Of a stretch of DNA of 64,000 nt, positions 11,560-23,879 are shown in pieces; positions within the stretch are counted from its first letter, which is position 1, and every line of letters begins with the position of its first letter. The DNA comes from Felis catus (lineage: Eukaryota). The stretch covers positions 9,178,001 to 9,242,000 of the forward strand of contig NC_058383.1 in NCBI RefSeq assembly GCF_018350175.1, written 5' to 3'. Made by a program: the position numbers and the translations under genes. Under the pieces are notes generated by a model that had not been told where the DNA came from, did no database searches, and saw only the letters and a list, made by a program, of their open reading frames with translations.

Positions 11560-13233
11560 CTGCAGGGAGGGGGCGGGGTTGACCCTACCGGCATCACCTG
11601 CCCTAGGTTTGCCAACCCATGTGAGGGTACAGGGAGGGGCAGCCCACTGGGGATGGAGGGACCACCGGCCCTGGACCCAAAGTTCACCTACCGCTGACCC
11701 ATGGGAAAGCCTGAACATGTACCACCTTGGAACCTCCGTTTTTTCGGCCTTGACTCCTGACACCCCCCGTAGGGGGTCTGGATCAGCTCCATGTCTGGCA
11801 CTAAGCAGTGCCCAGTGACCAGGAGTGTCGGGCACGGGCTCCCGCTCAGGCTGCCACCCCCATCCCCACACAGCTTCCTTCGGGGGGTGCTGAGGTCTGG
11901 GACCAAAAAGCCCCCCGGAAGAAGCCAGAAAGTACCAGGAACTTTAACTTGTTGCCACAGCAGTGGACACTCAAGTTGCCCGTCCTCTTCGGACTTATTC
12001 TCACACCCATTTCACAGAAGGGGAAACTGTTCAGGGATTGCCCGAGGCAGGAAGAGCCAGGCAGGTGCTACTGGGGAAATCTGCACCTTCCAGTGGGCCA
12101 CCCAGAAGGGGACAGTGAGGCTGCCTGGCCCCTAACCGCTCAATCTTCAGGGGAGAGTCCTAGCTTGCTATTAGTGAGGGCCCCAAATGGACCAGCTGCA
12201 GAATTTGTGGGTCCCCTTGTTCAGAAGTTCAGAATTTCAGGGCGTTAAAGCAATCATGGCCCTGGAAGGCAGCACAGGTCCCGGCCGTAGGTGATTGTCC
12301 GGCAAGATTGGGAGACCCTGCCCAGGAGAAAGGCGTGGCCAGATTGTGCTCACCGGCCTCACCTGGGGACCTTAAAGATCCTGATGTCTGGCTCCCACTT
12401 CTGGGGTCTGATTTAGCATAGGCGGTGGGAATCAGGATTTTTAAATGCTCCCCAGGTGATTCCAATGCTCAAAGATTGAGGGTTACTCAACTAGAATAAT
12501 TCCTCAAATAACTCCCGCAGTTCTCTGGGCTCTCTCCCCTCTCCCCAGGGGAGCAAATGCCAGAAGGTCTTGGGGCAAGCCCTGGTGGGGTGGGGGTGGG
12601 GGTGGGGGGGGTGCACCTAAGATCAGAGTCCTAGGAGGGCTCCACGTGCTGAGCTTGTACCCACCCTTGCCAAGCTGAGACCTGGTGGGCGGGAGCAGGG
12701 GCCGAGGACAGAGAAGATGGCTCTCAGTGGGGTACCAGGAAGTCAGTCCAGAGAATGGTGGACCAGCTAGGGATCCTGTGTCCAGTCCAGCCCTGCTTTG
12801 TTGGAAGCCCCTCCTTGTAGCCTGAATTACTCAGCTCTTCCCTTGTTTGTACCCAACTCCCACATTAAGCTTCCCTATCCCCCACTTGGGACTGCCCTGT
12901 TTGTGCCTGTAAAATCCTCAACACAGAGGGGATTATGATGCCCTTCGCCCCCTCCCTCTTTTAGTTCGAGGCTTCGAGGCATTAAACATGAATGAGGGAG
13001 CCCAACATTAGGGGTTTTTTTTTTTCCCCCTGTGATTGCTTCGAGCTTTACCTCTTCCCCACAAGTTCCTAGGGCTCCTGCAAATGCTGGGCCACTCGCA
13101 GGTCATGAACAGCCCCCCCAAATCAGCCACATCTCTCCTGGATGCTCTCCAAGGGTTCACAAATCCTCAGGAATCAGAGTGGGGGGTGCCCTATCTGGAC
13201 CAAAGTTCACTGCCACCTCTGGACTCCACTGCC

Positions 13234-13234
<1 letters not shown>

Positions 13235-13265
<31 letters not shown>
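13235..13265. repeat. C31 homopolymer in ZP3 intron 1
   Basis: Read directly. Confidence 0.95.
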
Positions 13266-13266
<1 letters not shown>

Positions 13267-13438
13267 ATTCCAGCCACTAGAGGCAAGAGGTTTCAACCAC
13301 CCCAGCCCGGTGTCACCAATGCCCAGCTTCAGGCCTCAGCCTGCCCCCAGTGAAAGGGATCTGGCCCAGCCCCACCTCCCACCGGACATCCACTCAGCAT
13401 CCACCCTCCCCAGCGCCGCCCAGAAGGCCAAGTCTCAC

Positions 13439-13744
13439 CTGCACGCTGTTGCCACACTTGTGCAGCTCGACTTCAAACCTGACCGTATCATCTGAGTCCC
13501 CAGAGATCAGGGGCTCACAGTTCTCCGGACCCAGGGTGAGGTCTGCAGGCCTCACAAGCCTCCCGGTACCAAAAAGGTTTTTGCTGACGTTGACCACCAG
13601 CCAGGCATGCCGACACTCTACCACCACAGAGGGGCTTGATGGCAACGAGGGGTGGGTCTTATCCTCGGTGGTGGTTGGGGGATAGCACAGCCCCGTGCCT
13701 GCCCAAAGCAGAAAACAGATGAAAAGCCCGTAGCTCAGCCCCAT
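13439..13744 (-). CDS. ZP3: Zona pellucida sperm-binding protein 3, coding exon 1 (signal peptide + start of ZP-N)
   Basis: ATG at 13744 gives [23 protein letters not shown]...[20 protein letters not shown]...HKCGNSVQ; donor CAG|GTGAG at 13439/13438; 306 nt. Confidence 0.97.
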
Positions 13745-13793
13745 GGCGCCTACGCTCACTCCCGCTGGTAACTACAGCCACCACCCAGTGGTC

Positions 13794-13895
13794 TTATACC
13801 CCGGATGATGCCACTTGCACCTGGGCTCCCACCTGCTTCCCTTCCCCAACCAATCAGTGGGCTAGTCCCCCATCTAGAAACATCAGCACCACCTG
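13794..13895 (-). promoter_or_regulatory. ZP3: ZP3 proximal promoter: TATAA box, E-box cluster and CCAAT
   Basis: TATAA (minus) 13794-13798, about 50 nt upstream of the ATG; E-boxes CACTTG 13812, CACCTG 13818, 13830 and 13890; CCAAT 13850. ZP gene promoters are known to use E-boxes bound by FIGLA/E-protein dimers. Confidence 0.7.
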
Positions 13896-14005
13896 GGAGC
13901 TTGTTAGAACTGCTGCCGCTCAGCCCCACCCCAGACCTACCGAGTCAGAATCTGGTGTTTTACTCTCTTCCCAAGTGATTTGTATACTAGTTAAATCTGA
14001 GAAGC
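13870..14005. mobile_element. MER5A-like hAT DNA transposon fragment
   Basis: catcagcaccacctgggagcttgttagaa...ccccaccccagacctac..gagtcagaatctg resembles the MER5A consensus. Confidence 0.65.
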
Positions 14006-14599
14006 GTGGGCTGGCAGCCTATTCAGTCACGTCTTGCCCCGCCCCTACGCCCACGCGTCTACCCTTTAGCCAGCCCTGCGAGGGAGTTAAGAGCTGCCCT
14101 AGGTCGATGGGGGAGACCGGGAGAAAGGCCTTCATGGCTGGAAGGGTCCGGAGAACTGATCAGGGCGTGACAGGGAGCTTATTCCAAGTGAGAGAACAGG
14201 AAGCGTCATTAAGAGACCAGGAAAAAAAAAAAAAAGACCAGGTAATTTTAGGGGCTCTTGCCCAATTTTATGGGTGATAGAAGGGGAGGTCCGTTCCGGC
14301 AGAGGCAGCTGGGTGAACAGAGGTGAAGAGAGGGCACAGGGGAGGCTTGGGAGAAAAGCCTAGGAACTCAGAGTTGCCGGAGCCTCGGATCCCTGGGAGG
14401 GAGAGTGGCTGTTGGGGGGGGCTGGGGAGGTGGGGGGGGCTGGGGAGGTGGGGGGGGCGGAGACCTGAAAGTGTCTGGCTGAGATGCCAGACTTTGCTGT
14501 GTGGGCAAGGGAGGCCATGGAAGGTGCTGAGGCTCATGCTCTGTCTCTCTCTCTCTCTCTCAAAAACCAATAAAATTAAAAATAAAATAAAGAGGGAGG

Positions 14600-16280
14600 G
14601 GGTGCCTGGGTGGCTCAGTCGGTTGAGCCATCGACTTCGGCTCAGGTCTTGATCTCACGGTTTTTAGGTTCGAGCCCTGTGTTGGGCTCTGAGCTGGCAG
14701 CTCAGAACCTGGATCCTGCTTCGGATTCTGTGTCTCCCTCTCTCTCTGCCCCTTCCCCCCCCAAAAAAAAGAAGTAAACATTAAAAATATATTTTTTAAA
14801 GAAAATATAATTTAAAAAAATAAAGAGGGAGTGACATAAAGGAAATCATTTTGAAAGAATTCATTGTTTTAGTCAAGGTTGTCCTCCTAGGGTGAACGGA
14901 AGGTGGTCTTTCAGTAAAGTTCCTAGTACTCAAACTAGTGCAGGAAATTCCTATGTTGGCTGGTTAAAGGTTACCTTTCTGAGGGGTTGAAACTGCAGGT
15001 AGGTTAGGTATAAGTCTTGCCTTAACACAAGTGATGCCATTTTGGGCCTGTAGTTTTCTTTTTAACTTACCTACCCAGTCCCAGAGGGAGGGAGCCAGCT
15101 GTAGCCTGAAGCCCCAGGGAACAGCTAGTTGGAGACATTGTGTCTTAGGAGTGGCAGCCCTCAGGGGGAGGGGCCTCTCCATGCTTGTTGCCCACAGCTG
15201 TGTTTGTGGATTGTTCTGGAAATAGGGTGGGGTGGGCTGGGGACTAGAGATCAGGGCCTCCCTGAAGCCTGGGATCTGTCCCCTCTCCCTCTCTGCCCTG
15301 GAGCTAACCCCTTTTAGAAAGCTTCAGGATAGAAGGACATAGGGCACTTGCCTCAGTGGAGCATGTGACTCTTGATTTTGGGGTCATGGGTTGGAGCTCC
15401 CCCCCCCCCCCCACGTTGGGCTTAGAGCTTACAAACAAACAAATAAGACATGAAGAAATTGGTGAGGGTGTGAGGCATGTATTGGGAGGAGAGGGAGGGA
15501 TAGGTGAGGCTGGAGGAGTGTCTGTATGCACATGAGGTGGTAGTAAGGTTGTGTTTTCCCTTTCCAGAAAGAGGACCGAAAACATTCCCAGTGGGGAGCG
15601 TGGCCAGTCCAGATTCTGGGTCTTTCCCATTTTTCTGAGAAGTGCTGCCACCTGGTGGCCAGAATTCACCAAAGGCAAGGCCACCAGCCCAGAGCATTTT
15701 CCTTACAATATGGTAGAGGCCAGATATTGGTTTCTTTTCTTTAAAAAAAAAAAAAAAAATGTTTATTTCTTTTGAGAGAGAGAGTGCAGGCATGGGCAAG
15801 CAGGGGAGGGGCAGAGAGAGAGAATCCCAAGCAGGCTCCATGATGTCAGAACGGAGCCCAACACAGGGCTCAGATTCGCAAACTGGACACTTCACTAAGC
15901 CACCCAGGCACCCCCAGATACTGGTTTCTAAATACAATTCTTCTCTAACAGGGGGACCTAGGGCTCCTTAAAAGATTGGCTGATTGCAGGACTAGAGCCA
16001 GCAAAGTACGAGGTCAATCTGGAATATCCTGTTATGGCAAAAACTCACAAAATGATGAGGACCTGTCAAAAGGACACAAACAAGGAGGTGCCTGGGTGGC
16101 TCAGTTGGTTGAGCATCCAACTTCGGCTCAGGTCATGATCTTGAGGTTTGTGAGTTCGAGCCCCACATCAGGTTTGCTGCTGTCATCACAGAGCCTGCTT
16201 CGTCCTCTGTCCCTCTCTGTCTCCACCCCTCCCCCACTTGTGCATGCACACACTCACTCTCAAAAATAAACATTTTAAAA
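14600..16280. mobile_element. Can-SINE copies upstream of ZP3 (about 14600-14800 +, 15741-15914 -, 16085-16280 +)
   Basis: GGGGTGCCTGGGTGGCTCAG heads, CT-rich bodies, AATAAA/A tails. Confidence 0.85.
15642..15661 (-). promoter_or_regulatory. Candidate CTCF binding site
   Basis: Minus strand TGGCCACCAGGTGGCAGCAC closely matches the CTCF core consensus. Confidence 0.6.
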
Positions 16281-16659
16281 TAAATTTCAAAAAGGATACA
16301 AGCCAAATTGAATGGTGGGGAGAGGGGAATCCCACTGGCCAAACTGGGGACTCCACATCGAATAAAGTAAGAATTCATGAGCATCCAATTCTGATGATCC
16401 ATAAATACACATACATGGGAAAATTTTTCCAGAAAAGGGAAGTAACTTCCTTACAGTAGAATGCCAACTAACAATCATAAGAAGAATGATAGTTTAGAAA
16501 TGACCATCTGTGGGGTGCCTGGGTGGGTCAGGTGACTCTTGATTTCAGCTCAGATCATAATCTCACGGGTTTCATGAGATTGAGCTCTCTGATCGAGTGT
16601 ATTGATCGAGCGCTCAACCCACTGAGCCACCCAGGCGCCCCTAGAAAGATTTTATTTTT

Positions 16660-16892
16660 TATTTTTTATTTTTAAAAAAATTTTTTTTTCAACGTTTATT
16701 TATTTTTGGGACAGAGAGAGACAGAGCATGAACGGGGGAGGGGCAGAGAGAGAGGGAGACACAGAATCGGAAACAAGCTCCAGGCTCTGAGCCATCAGCC
16801 CAGAGCCCGACGCGGGGCTCAAACCCACGGACCGCGAGATCGTGACCTGGCTGAAGTCGGACGCTTAGCCGACTGCGCCACCCAGGCGCCCC
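16660..16892 (-). mobile_element. Young felid SINEC_Fc-type insertion
   Basis: CpG-retaining near-consensus copy; flanking direct repeat AAAGATTTTATTTTT at about 16645 and 16894. Confidence 0.9.
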
Positions 16893-17859
16893 AAAAGATT
16901 TTATTTTTAAGTAAACTCTATACCGAATGTGGGGCTCGAACTTACAACCCTGAGATCAAGAGTTGCATGCCTCACTGACTGAGCCAGCCAGGTGCCCCCA
17001 AATGGTAAATTTTATGTACATTTTGACACAATAAAAACAACACGGGGCGGGGGGACAGTGGATGGAAGCTTTGCACAGTCTCAAAATTTTTCCCTTAAGA
17101 TTCTGTATTAATTACAAAGGAGTAAGTGGTTACTTCATGGTGAATAAATATGGCAGACACCACTTTAGCCACATTGTCAAAGTTAACTAACAATTAGTGG
17201 GAAAAAAAATTGTCCCACTAGTGGGATAAACTGACATCGTGTGCCTTCTGATGTGAGGCGATGATGCCCGGTTTGGGGGGAAAAGTATGTATATGTATGC
17301 GTGTGCATACACTTGTATGTGTATACATATATGTGCGTGTATACATGCATGTGTGTATACGCGTCTTTGTACATATATACACATACAAATATAAAGGGAT
17401 ACAGAGAAGTGTACGCACCAAAATGTCCATATTTGCCAAATCAGGGTAAAGGGTAAACAGGAAAGGTGAAAAATAAGCCCTCTCTAGGTCAGATTCAAGG
17501 GAAAGAGAAGTCAATGGGATCCAATTTCAGAAGAAGCCTTTTAACTAGTTCTCAAAAGCAATTGCTGAAATAAAATATGAGGTTACTGGGCATAAAACAT
17601 ACCAACAAAAAATGTGCAAGATCTTTTTTGAAATTTTTTTAAAATTTATTTTGAGAGAGAGAGTGTGTGTGTGCACACGTGCACCAGTCGGGGAGGGGCA
17701 GAGAGAGAGGGAGAGAGAGAGAATCCCAAGCAGGCTCTGCACTGTTAGCACAGAGCCCAATGTGGGGCTTGAACTCACAACCTGTGACGTCATGACCTGA
17801 GCTGAAATCAAGAGTCAGGCGCTTAAATGACCGAGCCACCCAGGCGCCCCATCGTGCAA

Positions 17860-18018
17860 GATCTTTGAGGAATGACTTTATGAAACTTTATTGAAAGTCA
17901 TCAAAGAATATCAAAATGCACTGAGAGATATTCCATATTTGTGAATGGGAAACACATTTATCATAAAGATATCAATTCTCCGAAAGTTAATCGATAATCT
18001 CTATCAAAATCCCAACAG

Positions 18019-18065
<47 letters not shown>

Positions 18066-18710
18066 GTGTACAGAACTTGACAAACTGATTCTAAAGTTTA
18101 TATGGAAGGGCTAAGGACCAAAGAAATCAAGACGTTTTAAAAAAAATTTTTAACTGTTTTTATTTATTTCGAGAGAGAGAGAGATACAGAGCACGAGCAG
18201 GGGAGGAACAGTGAGAGAAGGAGACAGAATCCAAAGCAGGCTCCAGGCTCTGAGCTGTCAGCACAGAACCCGATGCGGGGCTTGAACTCATGGACCGCGA
18301 GATCATGACCTGAGCCGAAGTCGGACGCTCAACCAATGGAGCCACCAGGGCACCCTGAAAGAAATCAAGTCTTTTGAAGAAAAAGAACAATATGAAAGAC
18401 ACACTTTTGCAGCTATGAAGACATATTCTAGAACCATGGTAATTTAAATGGGGTGCTGTTAGGACAGAAAAACAACAGCAGTGGAATAGATGAGTGAGCC
18501 CAGAAACAGCCACTTGCATATGTGAAATATGACACATGACAGAGGGGACAGATGGACAACTTAATAAAAGGAGCTATGACAGTCATTATCCATATGGGGA
18601 AAAAAACTGGATTTCGACTTCACACATAAAAATGAATTCTAGATCAATGGAGGAGCTGAATGTGTAAGAACAAAACTTTAAAATCTGTGGAAGGAACTAT
18701 AACCTCTCAG
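17860..18710 (+). mobile_element. Old L1 ORF2-derived fragments interrupted by (GT)n and a SINE (18145-18356 -)
   Basis: L1-like text (ttccatatttgtgaatgggaa, gaacttgacaaactgattctaaagtttatatggaa, cagtggaatagatgagtgagcccagaaacag). Confidence 0.7.
18022..18062. repeat. (TG)n microsatellite
   Basis: Read directly. Confidence 0.95.
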
Positions 18711-18821
18711 GACGGAGTGAGATGGAGGGGTATTTGTTAACCTGACTCCCACTACTCTCCCCTCCCCTCCCCTGCCCTCTCCTAAGAAAAAAGCACACAC
18801 CATTTAAGAGAAGTGATTTTT

Positions 18822-21800
18822 GGAGTGCCTGGGTGGCTAGGTCGGTTGAGCGACCGCCTTCGGCTCAGGTCATGATCTCGCGGTTTGTGAGTTCCAGCCC
18901 CGCATCGGGCTCTGAGCCGTCAGCCAGCTCAGAGCCTGGAACCTGCTTCGCATTCTGTGTCTCCTCCTCTCTCTGCCCCTCCCATCCTCATGCTCTGTCT
19001 CTCTCTGTCTCTCAATAATAAATGAATGTTAAAAAAAATTTTTTTTTAAAGAAAAAGTGACTTTTTAGGACATTTGCATAAGTGATAAAAATAACTACAA
19101 TAATCTACCGTTTATCACTGACTCACCATACGCCGGGACTAGACTAAGTGCCCTCATCCTCATACCCATCTACAGAAGCATTATTGGCCCCATTTTTACA
19201 GATGAGCAAACAAGCAGTCGGAGAAGTTGTGCCCAAGGTCACACAGCCAGTCAAGGCCAAACCCAGATTCAATCCCAGCTCTACTGGACTCCAGTTCCTG
19301 GTCTTCTGTCTACACCTTACTGTCTCTCTGATACTTTAGAGTTAATAACACCCAGTGTGTATATGGGGGAGATGCGCTCAGATAAACAACTCCAATATGA
19401 ATGAGTGTTAGGGTTGATGTGCCCATCTCCCCAACTAGTTTATAGTACGCATTCAGCAGGTGCTTAAAAAGCAGGACTTTCCTGGGGCCCCTGGCTGGCT
19501 CAGGAGGTGGAGTGTGTGACTCTTGATCTCGGGGCTGCGGGTTCAGGCCCCATGTTGGCTGTGGAGATTACTTAAAAAAATAAAATAAAATATTTTTAAA
19601 AAATATAGGACTCTCCGTTCTGCCTGTCACCCTGGGAAGACAAAATAGCTGATACGTAATAGAGAATAAGAACAGCCATAAATTGTGGGGCAGCTGGAAT
19701 TTGCCAGACACACATATCCGCATGCTGCTGATTCTACTGCTTAATTCTGCAGCCAGACTTTAGTCAGACTCGAGAGATCCTGATGGGCTGGAATTTGGCA
19801 CATTTTTTGTGCAGGGGGTGAAGTGAAGGGGGAATTTTGGTGGTGGGGGGGAACTTTTCACTATTTCATTATTAAAGATTTTTTTAAAGTAATCTCTACA
19901 CCCAACATGGGGCTTGAACTCACAGCCCTGAGAGTCACATGCTCCACAACTGAGCCAGCCAGGTGCCCCACCCCCACTATTTCATTATTAAATGTCAAAT
20001 GATGTATAAAATTTACAGCCCACTTGAGCCAATAGGTGACCTTGATTACAGCGAAAGAAAATGGATATTTTGTACCATGTTTTGGCTTTTTATTATAGGG
20101 TATTAAAAATTACCTTTAAAAAATAAAGAAATGTCTGGGGTGCCTGGGTGGCTCAGTTGGTTAAGCATCTGACTCTTGATTTCACCTCAGGTCATGATCT
20201 TGCAATTTGTGGGACCCAGCCCCGCATAGGGCTCTGTGCTGATAGGGTGGACCCTGCTTGGGATTCTCCCTCTCATTCTCTCTCTCCCTTACAAAAATAA
20301 GTATTTAAAGGAAGGAAGGAAGGAAGGAAGGAAGGAAGGAAGGAAGGAAGGAAGGAAGGAAGGAAGGAAGGAAGGAAGGAAGGAAGGAAGGAAGGGAAAG
20401 AGTCTAAAGTAAAAATGGAACCCACTCCCTCCCACCCACAATCATTGTTACCAATTTGTGGTGGATCCTTCCAGACATTTTTCCCAGACGTTTTATTATA
20501 TGCATATATAATCATTCAAAAATACACTTACTGGGGGGCCTGGGTGGCTCAGTTGGTTGAGTGTCTGACTTTGGCTCGAGTCATGATCTCATGGTGCATG
20601 AGTTGGAGCCCCACATCGGACTCTGCACTGACAGTATGGAGCCTGCTTGGGATTCTCTCTTTCTCCCTCTCTGCCCCTCCCCCACTTGTGCTCTCTCGCC
20701 CTCAAAATAAATAAATAAGCTTAAAAAAATGCACTTGCCAAATGCAATGTGAGGTCCTGGATTGGATCCTGGAAGAAAAAAAAAAAGACATGAATGTTAA
20801 AACTAGAAGTAACCACATGAAGTCTGGGGTTTGGTTAATACTGATGGATATTACTACTGCCACAGTTCAAGCGAGATAGGATGGAGGTGTGTATCTGCGT
20901 GTGATTTCTCGAGCTCAGCACTACTGACATTTTAGCCCAGATAATTCTTTGTTGCGAAGGCCTGTCCTATGCATCGTAAGTAGCATCTATCCAGTTGTGA
21001 CAACCCCAAATCTACCCTCTCCAGGTGTGACAACAAAAATGTTTCTAGAACTTGCCAAATGCCAGGGTGCCTGGGTGGCTCAGTCAGTTAAGCACATGAC
21101 TCTTAATTTCGGTTCATGTCACGATCTCAGGGTTTGTGAGATCGAGCCCCGCATTGGACTCTGTGCTGATAGGGTAGAGCCTACTTGGGGTTCCCTCTCT
21201 CCCTCTCTCTCTGCCCTTCCCCCCGCTCACTTGCCCGTGCTCTCTCTTTCTCAAAATAAATAAATAAACACTTTAAAAAAATAAAAGTTGCCAAATGCCC
21301 CTTTGGGCAAAATCAGCCCGTTGAGAAATGTATGGCAGTACTGAAGTTGGCATGGAGGAGGTAGGAAGGGGCTGGGTTCTGGATATATTTTGAATGCAAG
21401 GTTGAAAAGACTTTCTGATGAAATGGATGCTGACGGCCAGATGCAAGAAAAAGAACAGAAAGAATGACTTCACTGGATAAATAAAATGTAGTCCATCCAG
21501 GGGCGCTTGGGTGGCTCAGTCGGTTAAGTGTCCAACTTCAGCTCAGGTCATGATCTCACGGTTAGTGAGTTTGAGCCCCACATCGCTTACAGTGCAGAGC
21601 CTTCTTGGGATTCTCTGCTCTGTCTCTCTCTGCCTCTCTCTCTGCCTCTCCTCAACTTGTGCTCTCTCAAAATAAAATAAATTAAATAAACTTAAAAAAA
21701 AATGTACTCCATCGTTTTTAAAAAATGATGATATGTGGGGCACCTGGGTGGCTCAGTCAGTTAAGCATCCGACTCTTGGTCTCAGCTTGGGTCTTGATCT

Positions 21801-22830
21801 CAGGGTTGTGAGTTCAGGTCCCGCATTGGGCTCCACGCTGGGCATGAAAGCTACTTTAAAAAGAAAGAAAGAGAGGCACCTGGGTGGCTCGTAGTCATTA
21901 AGCGTCTGACTGTGGCTCAGGTCACTATCTCACAGCTCATGAGTTCGAGCCCTGCGTCGGGCTCTGTGCTGACAGCTCAGAGCCTAGAACCTCTCTCTCT
22001 GCCCCTCCCCTGCTCACCCTCTGTGTCTCTAAAATGAATAAACGTTAAAAAAAATTTTTTTAAAAAGAAAGAAAAAATGATGATATGGAAATAAATATTT
22101 AAATACATATGTACATAAAATTTAGAAAGAGAATAAAGTACTGATACATGCTATAACATGGATGAGCCTTAAAAACTACACTAAGTTAAAGAAGCCAACA
22201 CAAAAGGCCACCTATTGTAAGCTTCCATTTCTCTGAAATATCCAGAATAGGCAAATCCATGGGGACAGAAAATAAATCAGTGGTTGCTATGGGTTGAAGG
22301 GAAAGAGAATTGGGATTGACTGCTTATAGGTATAGGGTTTCTCCTTTGGGGGGTGATGAAAATGTTCTGGAATTAGATTATGGTGATGGTTGTACAGTTG
22401 TGTGACTGTACTAAAACCAACGTATTGTACACCTTGAGTTTGTTCAAGGCCTCCTGGAGGGAGTATGGACAGAGCAGTAGGCCGGACAGTAGGCCTAGGG
22501 CTCCCCTCCACTTGCCAGTCATGTTGCAATGGGCAAGTAGTTGAATCTGGTCAAGGAGACTCAAAGGGATATCTGTTGGGGGTTTTCTGGGAAAGACCTC
22601 ACAGTTTTTAAAGGAGGACACAGGGGCGCCTGGGTGGCTCAGTCGGTTAAGTGTCTGCCTCTTGCTTTTGGCTCAGATCATGATCTCATGGTTCATGAAT
22701 TCACTGACAGTGTGGAACCTGCTTGGGATTCCCTCTCTCTGCCTCTCTCTCTCTCTCTCTCTCTCTCCCTCTCTCTCACCCTCCTCTGCTCTCCCTCTCT
22801 CTCTCAAAATAAACAAATAAACCTAAAAAC
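18822..22830 (+). mobile_element. Cluster of mostly plus-strand Can-SINEs (about 18822, 20138, 20533, 21065, 21500, 21737, 21875, 22623) with a MER20-like piece (about 20900-21330) and an old L1 3' fragment (about 22100-22430)
   Basis: Repeated SINE heads and tails; MER20-like cagcactactgacattttagcccagataattctttgttg. Confidence 0.8.
20308..20395. repeat. (GGAA)n tetranucleotide repeat
   Basis: Read directly. Confidence 0.95.
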
Positions 22831-23411
22831 ATAGGATGCAGATAGAGATATTCTAGGTCTCAACATTGTCATATGCAGGAGATACTCAGAACTGAGGCTG
22901 CCATCTTGAGTCACCAGGGAAGGCAGCCTCATGACTCAAGAGGGCAGCCAAGAGGAGGACGATGGCAATGTAGATGGATGGGTAGCGCCTGGGTCCCTGA
23001 TGATGTCACTCCCTGAATTCACCAATCCTGAAATGGCTCTACCTCTGGACTTCTTGTTCAGTAGATAAAGTCTCGAGCAACTTTGATTTGTGCTTTCTGT
23101 TACTTGCCGACAAAAGCACTGTCAACTGATAGAGTATCAAATGCTGCTGACACATCAAGTAATACAAGGACAACGTGCATTGACAGTACAGTGGTGAGCG
23201 TAGCTGCCTTCCATGGAGTGAGAGGACGGTGGTGGAAACTTCGCTTGTCCCCTGTATCTGCTCTCCCTTCTTACACAGTAATGGAATCCTTAGCTGGGCT
23301 ATGGTCAGGAGAAGTTCTGGCCATGAGATACGAGAAGGCTTATGGTCATAGCCTTTAAGGAAGGAGCATGAAAAAGCCCTCCATTTCTCCTTTCTTTCCC
23401 CTTTTGTTGCC

Positions 23412-23770
23412 TGTTACGGACTAAATGTATCCCTCCAAAATTCATGCTGAATCCCTGACCCCAAATGAGGCTATTTATGGAAATAGGACCTTTAGGGAGT
23501 AATTTAAATTACTTTAGGTCATAAGGGTAGGGCCCTCATCCCATGGGATTAGTGTCCTTATAAGAAGAGACACCGGAGAGTGCTCCCCACCCCGATGTGA
23601 GAACACAGAGAGAAGGCAGCCATTCGCGAGCCAGGAGGAGGGTCCTCACTAGGGACCAAACCCTTCCAGAACCTTGATCTTGGACTTCTAGCCTCTCCAG
23701 AACTGTGAGACAATAAATTTCTGTGGTTTAAGCCTCGTGGTCTATGGCATTTTGACGTGCAGCTGACTGA
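23412..23770 (+). mobile_element. MaLR (MLT1/MST-type) solo LTR
   Basis: tgttacggactaaatgtatccctccaaaattcatg...gaactgtgagacaataaatttctgtggtttaagcc, typical MaLR text. Confidence 0.8.
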
Positions 23771-23879
23771 TGTATCTACCAAAATAAAAGCGTAATGGCA
23801 GGGGCTGTGGTGGAAGCCATCCAGATGGCAAACAGACACATGAAAAGATGTCAACCCAAAATGTGAACCCAATGTGAAC

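Noticed and set aside
6606..13744. Calling ZP3 a pseudogene because of the exon 8 frameshift
   Set aside because: All splice sites, the other exons, the promoter and the downstream TM tail are intact; a single homopolymer indel fits an assembly error or a rare allele better
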